The notes beneath the pieces are model-generated. The model did no database searches, was not told the origin of the DNA, and worked only from the letters and a program-made list of their open reading frames with translations. A program made the translations under genes and the position numbers. From positions 672,001-736,000 of the forward strand of contig OY781964.1 in the NCBI GenBank assembly GCA_963677485.1: a stretch of 64,000 nucleotides of DNA, given 5' to 3'. Within the stretch, counting starts at the first letter, position 1. The number at the start of each line of letters is the position of its first letter. Of this stretch, positions 58,255 through 64,000 are shown one piece after another. Origin of the DNA: Armatimonadota bacterium (GTDB lineage: Bacteria; Armatimonadota; HRBIN16).

Positions 58255-60048
58255 TTATCGGCGGTTACTTTTCAAATAGCCGTCTATTTTCCGCATATAT
58301 TCAAGATTGGCCGATTGGTCGAGCTTCTGCAGTCGTTCGACTGACCGAAACGCACCAGTGCCGGTATGATCACTCTGGAGCACGATGACTTCGTGCAGAA
58401 TCTGAAGCGGCAGTACACCGATCGACGCAAACACCACCATCCAGGCCAGAAATCGCCGCGTCTCCCTATTCGCCAGGATGTAGTAGTCCTGGATGCGGTA
58501 TTTCCGGCAGAGCATTGGCGTCATTGCAGCCGTAAACAGGCAGCCCGCCACGAATAATAAAAGATACCGTTCTACCCAATCCATGCGGAGAGTGCTTAGG
58601 TATACGGATATGGCATATATCCCTGCAACTCCCGCCACGGGAAGCCAGTTATACAACATCTCGGCCCATCGGCCAGGCGCCGGAATGCCCTGAAGCTGGC
58701 AATTCCGTTTGAATTCAAACCTGACGGATATCCAGCCTACGATCAGCAGCAAAGGTGCCACATACTGCGTCCTACGCCATACCGCTGTCACGTCGTCTGC
58801 CCAAATGTGTAAGGCCGCTATCTGTGCCACGGTGAAAACCATCGCGGCCAGCGTAAATCCAAGCGCTAATCGCGATGGCTGATGATGCCATATGAACTCG
58901 GCCACAGACTTCCGCTTGACCCGATATGCGATCCACCAGACGAGATCTCGGATCAGTGAAATGACCACCAGCAGTGCCATGCCAAAGCACAACCATACCC
59001 AGACCGTCTGCTGCTGTATCACGACGTTAATGGCATCCCATCCGATCCAGGGTCTCCCCATTTCTTCCGCTTGGACACGATGGCTGACAGGTAGAAACTC
59101 CCGGCGTGTGACGGGTAAACCTGGGTGGGGACTTATAAATGAACCCATCGACTCTTGCGGTGTGCCATCCAGAATCGTTTCTGAACGACTGCAAAATACC
59201 GACACGATATGCTGACGGTATTCCGAAGCCTGCTTGTCAGCCAGCATCATATTGACATACACTTTAATATAAAGTAGCTCACGAGCGGTTGCTTGATCAC
59301 CCTTCTCCACATAAAACTGAGCAGCGTCTATTATTGTGTCAGGAGACAGAATCTCATATATCTGCCTTCCATACTCATCGTCCATTGTTCGTCGTATTTC
59401 ATAATGCTCCCACAACAGGGGTGTAGGTATCTTCTCAAAATCGGCTTTCAGGTGATCATTCTCATATAACCGTATCGTCTTCTTTTGAGCTAACTGGAAC
59501 TGGCGCACCCCTTCGATGAACATTTTTGAGTCTCTGACTACTATACGCCAACCTCGTTGAGTGCCATGACGGTTCGGTGGTTTGCTCGCAGTTACAGTTG
59601 AGTGGGATAACAGCACTTGGGATTGCAGCAGATTATACAGCGCATTCGCCGGATCGATTTGTTCCCCCTTCTTCATCACCGCAATGTAGTTGTCCAGTTG
59701 CTTCTTCTTGGGAGAACTGCCTGCAAGGTACTGCGGATTACTTTTGACCATCGTCGCGAGTCTGGCGAACACGGCTAAATCGGAGGTTCGATGAGACTGA
59801 GTTCCAAACTCGTGCAGCAACTGTTCGGGTTGTTGTGATTCGACATCATCCGTGTGACCACACAAATCCCAGTACCTAAGTCCTGGCCAGATCACAGGTG
59901 AGTGGTGGAGACAGAAAGATAACATATAATACCGAACGGTGAGACCATGATCGGCGATCCATGTCCTATATACGCCGCGGGCCATCCATAAGAGTGCCAG
60001 CAACAATGCGGCCAGCACGAGGGTAATACTGCGGATGTTGGGTTTCAT
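58255..60048 (-). CDS. Hypothetical membrane protein (N-terminal anchor, helical exported domain, about 6 C-terminal TMs)
   Basis: AAGGAG RBS; hydropathy by eye. Confidence 0.7.
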   Translation of the reverse strand: MKPNIRSITLVLAALLLALLWMARGVYRTWIADHGLTVRYYMLSFCLHHSPVIWPGLRYWDLCGHTDDVESQQPEQLLHEFGTQSHRTSDLAVFARLATMVKSNPQYLAGSSPKKKQLDNYIAVMKKGEQIDPANALYNLLQSQVLLSHSTVTASKPPNRHGTQRGWRIVVRDSKMFIEGVRQFQLAQKKTIRLYENDHLKADFEKIPTPLLWEHYEIRRTMDDEYGRQIYEILSPDTIIDAAQFYVEKGDQATARELLYIKVYVNMMLADKQASEYRQHIVSVFCSRSETILDGTPQESMGSFISPHPGLPVTRREFLPVSHRVQAEEMGRPWIGWDAINVVIQQQTVWVWLCFGMALLVVISLIRDLVWWIAYRVKRKSVAEFIWHHQPSRLALGFTLAAMVFTVAQIAALHIWADDVTAVWRRTQYVAPLLLIVGWISVRFEFKRNCQLQGIPAPGRWAEMLYNWLPVAGVAGIYAISVYLSTLRMDWVERYLLLFVAGCLFTAAMTPMLCRKYRIQDYYILANRETRRFLAWMVVFASIGVLPLQILHEVIVLQSDHTGTGAFRSVERLQKLDQSANLEYMRKIDGYLKSNRR

Positions 60049-60086
60049 AGTAAGCTCCTTTTGCATCAGGCTTCATCGCCTGCTTT

Positions 60087-60126
60087 GCTAGAGTATACCC
60101 TCGTTTTTATGATAAACGTGTGGTTT
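60087..60126 (-). promoter_or_regulatory. Duplicated promoter/operator motif, copy 2
   Basis: Minus strand CGTTTATCATAAAAACGAGGG-TATACT-CTAGC. Confidence 0.65.
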
Positions 60127-60186
60127 ACGAAAATATGCCACTGACAAGTAGGATGAGTAGGACGAGTAGGAAATGAGGGAGGGTAA

Positions 60187-60213
60187 AGGGCACCCACAGG
60201 GGGGTGCCCCTAC
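60187..60213. repeat. GTAG REP
   Basis: AGGGCACCCACAGGGGGGTGCCCCTAC. Confidence 0.75.
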
Positions 60214-60220
60214 CAAAGCA

Positions 60221-60958
60221 CTACCCCGCCGGCTTGCACAGCCAGTCAAACAATCGCTGGAAAGCTGCGACCTCATGCGACAGCTCCTCGGGGTGGAACT
60301 GCACCGCCAGAATGGGTCGACCGTCAGAAGCCTCAAGCCCCTCGATCACGCCATCGGCTGCCACCGCGTTGACCTTCAACCCATCGGCCACACAATCCAC
60401 GCTCTGGTGATGCCAACTGTTCACCGCGTTCAAATCGCTGCCTAGCACACTCTCCAACAATGAGCCAGGCGTCACGCTCAGGCTGTGCAGCAGCACAGGT
60501 GCGTATCCCCCGGCATAATGCTTCACGGAGCTACCGATCTGTGTGGGAATGTCCTGCACAAGCGTGCCGCCCATGGCCACATTCAACATCTGAATACCAC
60601 GACAAATCCCCAGCACGGGAATCCCCCGCCGCAGGGCGGCTTGAAGAGCCAGCTCCTCCATCGTGTCGCGCAGAGGGTCCTGCCCCGCGCTCATTCGGTG
60701 CGGCTCCTGACCGTATCGCAGCGAAAGCACATCACCACCCCCGGTCAAGATTAGCCCATCCACACGCTCCATCAAGGCATTGATGGCATCGGCCCCCGCC
60801 AGGTAGGGCAGCATCACAGGACAGCCACCCGAGCGGATGACGGAGTGCAGGTAGTTGACATTACTCCCGGCCCACACATTCTGAATTTCATTGTTACCGC
60901 TGAGTGGAAGGTTCACCCTCCCGGAAGTTATGGCGATAATTGGGGTAGACACACTCAT
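60221..60958 (-). CDS. Peptidase C26 / PuuD-like gamma-glutamyl hydrolase
   Basis: GLILTGGGD, LGICRG, VNSWHHQ, VQFHPE. Confidence 0.92.
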   Translation of the reverse strand: MSVSTPIIAITSGRVNLPLSGNNEIQNVWAGSNVNYLHSVIRSGGCPVMLPYLAGADAINALMERVDGLILTGGGDVLSLRYGQEPHRMSAGQDPLRDTMEELALQAALRRGIPVLGICRGIQMLNVAMGGTLVQDIPTQIGSSVKHYAGGYAPVLLHSLSVTPGSLLESVLGSDLNAVNSWHHQSVDCVADGLKVNAVAADGVIEGLEASDGRPILAVQFHPEELSHEVAAFQRLFDWLCKPAG

Positions 60959-61038
60959 TTTCAGACACCTTTTTCATAAAGACGGCCCGGCACCGCCTGG
61001 TTTGTGCGTAAACCTCAAGAATGCCGGGCCGTTGTAGC

Positions 61039-62259
61039 TTAGCGGGTGCGGCTCAGCCGCGGTCCGCGTGAGCTGGTCACCACTCTGTCGATCATGCCAT
61101 TGGCAATCAGCCTCTGAATGACCTCCTCGGTGTCTGGCCCGGAAAGATGCATCACGTCACGCAGGCGGTAGAAGTGAGTATCTTCACCCACCAGCGCGAG
61201 GTGCTCTTCCAGAACGGTGTCTTCGGTGACGGCAGCCGCGGCTTCTTTCGGCGACGCCGAATCCAGATATTGGTCGAACGCTTCCCAGTGTCTCGCAATT
61301 TTACTATACACCGAGTTGTACTGGTACAGCTCGGGATAGCGCGATCCTAGCTCCATGAACAGGTCAGCCTGACAGGTTCGCTTCGTGATCATAGCATTGA
61401 TCAAGCCGAGATCGGATACCGCGGCCCCGAGGTCGGCAAGCTGGGCTTCGCATTCCTGAAGCATCTGCTGCAGCACATCCGCCACTGTCCGCTCATGCCC
61501 GTCTATGATGAACGTCGCCTGCATGCCATGCTTCGCCGCCGCCCAGCGATTGAGCAAACCCTCACGGTATTGCTGCCGGTTAGGTTTGAAGCCGGGCTGC
61601 AGTTTGGTTGCCATGCAGTGAACATAGGCTGCCACGAAGCAGCAGTATTCGGCCATGAACCGGCGCGAACTGGCACAGTCACCTATCCGAACCTCAATGG
61701 TTGGCAGATTGTATAGCTTCGGACAGGTGTCCATGCCCCACTCTGGCTGCGATGTATACGGGTCGCGTATGGAGCTCGGATGGGTCGCCCCATGTGCCAT
61801 AAACTGCACACGATGGCTTTTGAACTCGTCCCTGTGTCGATGCACAGAGGGCGAGTTCGCTGCCAGTGCGGCAAAGGCAGGCACCACGCCGAAAAGCTGG
61901 TTCTCCAATTGGATCGCCGCCGCTTCGTCGTGGATGGTACCCACATGAACATGCGCACTGTGGAACATCGGCTCCATAGGCGTTGAACCGGCCGGAAAGA
62001 GCTGCAGCTCATATTCGGCCAGTAGCTGCGTGGTGTTGTCTGTGAGCAACTGGATATTCGTCCAAACCTCGTCCAGACTATGGTTCACACCCAGTCCAAA
62101 CTCCAGCGAGTTCCAGTCCACATGCACAGGCAGATCAAGTTTGCGCTTAAGCTGACCGGCGAAGCCCATCAACTTCCCGGTATCGACGGCCCGCTCAAGG
62201 CGGTCCATCACCATGATCTCCCAGTCTGCACTGAAAGTTTTAGGATCGAAGATGCTCAT
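61039..62259 (-). CDS. GCS2/YbdK-like carboxylate-amine (gamma-glutamyl) ligase, divergent
   Basis: ADWE, HVHVG, ALAANSP, TIEVRIGD, NRWAAAKHG. Confidence 0.75.
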   Translation of the reverse strand: MSIFDPKTFSADWEIMVMDRLERAVDTGKLMGFAGQLKRKLDLPVHVDWNSLEFGLGVNHSLDEVWTNIQLLTDNTTQLLAEYELQLFPAGSTPMEPMFHSAHVHVGTIHDEAAAIQLENQLFGVVPAFAALAANSPSVHRHRDEFKSHRVQFMAHGATHPSSIRDPYTSQPEWGMDTCPKLYNLPTIEVRIGDCASSRRFMAEYCCFVAAYVHCMATKLQPGFKPNRQQYREGLLNRWAAAKHGMQATFIIDGHERTVADVLQQMLQECEAQLADLGAAVSDLGLINAMITKRTCQADLFMELGSRYPELYQYNSVYSKIARHWEAFDQYLDSASPKEAAAAVTEDTVLEEHLALVGEDTHFYRLRDVMHLSGPDTEEVIQRLIANGMIDRVVTSSRGPRLSRTR

Positions 62260-63815
62260 ATTGCCACCTCACTTGCAGGGATGTCATCGACTTCCACTTG
62301 TATGGTGCTATCCAGTGCAGCCGCGAACTGAGCGGATGCGATCTGAACTTCACCCACTCCTGGGATTGGCACACTACGCAACAGCAGCTCCTGCTGCTGA
62401 CCGGCACAGCTTACTACGGCAGTAGCCCCCTCGTGGCTCTTCAACCGTGCTACAATGCCGACCATCAACTGGCCGTCATCGCTCACCCCGCGGCAAGCAA
62501 CCCAGGCACCGGCGTCGCCGGCACCGCATTGCTCGCCAAAGGCAAGAGCCACCGTCTGTCCCAGCCCACCGATTGGCCCTACAAGCTGGTCGCTCATGTG
62601 CCATTCCACGTTAAAGCATCCCGCATATGTGTTATGGTGCTGGCATTGGCAGTGGTCGGGGTTTATCAACACCAGGGTCATCTGCTGGCGGACAGGGTGT
62701 TCCACCACCAGCCATCCAGCATCCAGCTTCTTCCCGTTGCCGTGCGAATTCTCATATTCCTTAGCCAAACGCAGTGACACGAAACGGCCATCCTCGATAG
62801 CCGAAAGACGGCTTTGCAGCAGCCCTGAACCGTCGGTAACGCTGGACAAATGCCCATACAGCTTGAGTGATTCCACGCTATTGATGGGCACCTGCACACC
62901 CTCTGCCGACTTATCAAGGGGCTGACGTGCGTATTCACGCCGCCAGATGAGCAACGGAGCCCAGTCGGGCAGTTGGCAGTTGACCAGGCTGCGCAGCCGC
63001 AGCCCCTCATTCAACATCCCTTCCAGCCGAACTTGAGGGCCTTCACTCCCCGTATCTCCGCTGATGGATTTCGCCTGGATGGTTTCCAAACCGCCCAGTG
63101 GTCCCCAACCCTGACTTATGCCGTCGAAGTATCCGCCAAACTTCAGTTCGCCCAACACCGTATGCTCAGGTTTCGTGAGGTGCTCCTGCCCACGCAGCAG
63201 TTCCTTCACTCCACACAGCCCGCCCGCATAGCAGTTGGGGTTGATGTCGGCTTGCAGCCATCGGCCGCGTAACCGTACATAGTCACCCTGCGGCTGCTTG
63301 ACGTGCTGCCACACGGGCCCCTGCGCAGGCAACACCACGCACTGCTCGTGGAGTTTATCAACCTCAACGTCAATCACCACAGGTGCCCGCAGTTGCGTCA
63401 CCGCCTGGCTGATGTCAACCTTTGCAGTGATCTTCTCATCGTTCTTTTCGAACTTGCCGGTCATCTCCCAGCCGTTCACCTTCACGGTGTAGGTGGGCGG
63501 ATCGCCCTCTTTCCACCAGTGCAGCGACAGACTAAGCTTTTCTGGGATATCATGAACCACACCGCACGGCGTCACTTCAAGCGGAGTGAGCCACGGACGG
63601 CTCTCCTCGATGCTCAACACCAGGCTATCACCGGGGTGCCCTATTTCACGGAGGTCGTGTACTTGCCTTTCTACCTTAAGCGTCTGGTCCTTGATCCACT
63701 CTGGCGGAGCAGACCGGTTAGGGAGAACGCAGATGGGTTTGAAGGCAATACTGTATTGGTCGGTTTGACCCTCGATGGGATCCACGCTGACCAAGCGTCC
63801 TAACAGTGCTTTCAC
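62256..63815 (-). CDS. Hypothetical protein, translationally coupled to the ligase
   Basis: 519-aa ORF; stop overlaps the ligase start; no motif recognised. Confidence 0.65.
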   Translation of the reverse strand: MKALLGRLVSVDPIEGQTDQYSIAFKPICVLPNRSAPPEWIKDQTLKVERQVHDLREIGHPGDSLVLSIEESRPWLTPLEVTPCGVVHDIPEKLSLSLHWWKEGDPPTYTVKVNGWEMTGKFEKNDEKITAKVDISQAVTQLRAPVVIDVEVDKLHEQCVVLPAQGPVWQHVKQPQGDYVRLRGRWLQADINPNCYAGGLCGVKELLRGQEHLTKPEHTVLGELKFGGYFDGISQGWGPLGGLETIQAKSISGDTGSEGPQVRLEGMLNEGLRLRSLVNCQLPDWAPLLIWRREYARQPLDKSAEGVQVPINSVESLKLYGHLSSVTDGSGLLQSRLSAIEDGRFVSLRLAKEYENSHGNGKKLDAGWLVVEHPVRQQMTLVLINPDHCQCQHHNTYAGCFNVEWHMSDQLVGPIGGLGQTVALAFGEQCGAGDAGAWVACRGVSDDGQLMVGIVARLKSHEGATAVVSCAGQQQELLLRSVPIPGVGEVQIASAQFAAALDSTIQVEVDDIPASEVAI

Positions 63816-64000
63816 TGTATTCCATGCCCCTTTCTATTGCATCACTGCAAACGATAGGACGGCCACTGCACTCGCATCTGGCCGCAATAGCAATAAATAG
63901 CATCCCGTACAGCTCTACGGAACACCTGTGACGGTGATGTGGATTCGTGAGGTGGGCCACAATTGGTCACGTAAACAGTATCATATCACGGAATTGTTGT

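Overview
A 64-kb bacterial chromosomal window of moderately high GC. The lineage is probably a diderm, possibly Armatimonadota-like, but this is inferred from gene content only. Housekeeping genes (alaS, folE2, guaB, tRNA-Met-hisS-aspS, aminotransferase, hcp with an Rrf2 regulator, VKOR-DsbA) are interleaved with secreted glycoside hydrolases (GH3, GH31, GH36, GH51, one unclassified). There are two mobile elements. (1) An IS21 (548-3110, 8-bp TSD) cleanly splits an ABC/AAA ATPase that is coupled to a DUF4276/TOPRIM-like gene. (2) A complete IS110 bridge-recombinase element (48948-50759) has a readable bridge RNA whose guides match both its REP target and its own donor junction. Other notable items: an RNase III-sugar-kinase-like fusion; a frameshifted secreted caspase-fold protein with an 11-bp VNTR, followed by a PepSY-like partner; a distant array of three partner paralogs that share a conserved 3' module; a two-copy 170-bp MITE-like palindrome; and a GTAG REP family that often overlaps amber stop codons. 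No CRISPR array or rRNA was seen. All family assignments come from motif recognition by eye, not database searches.
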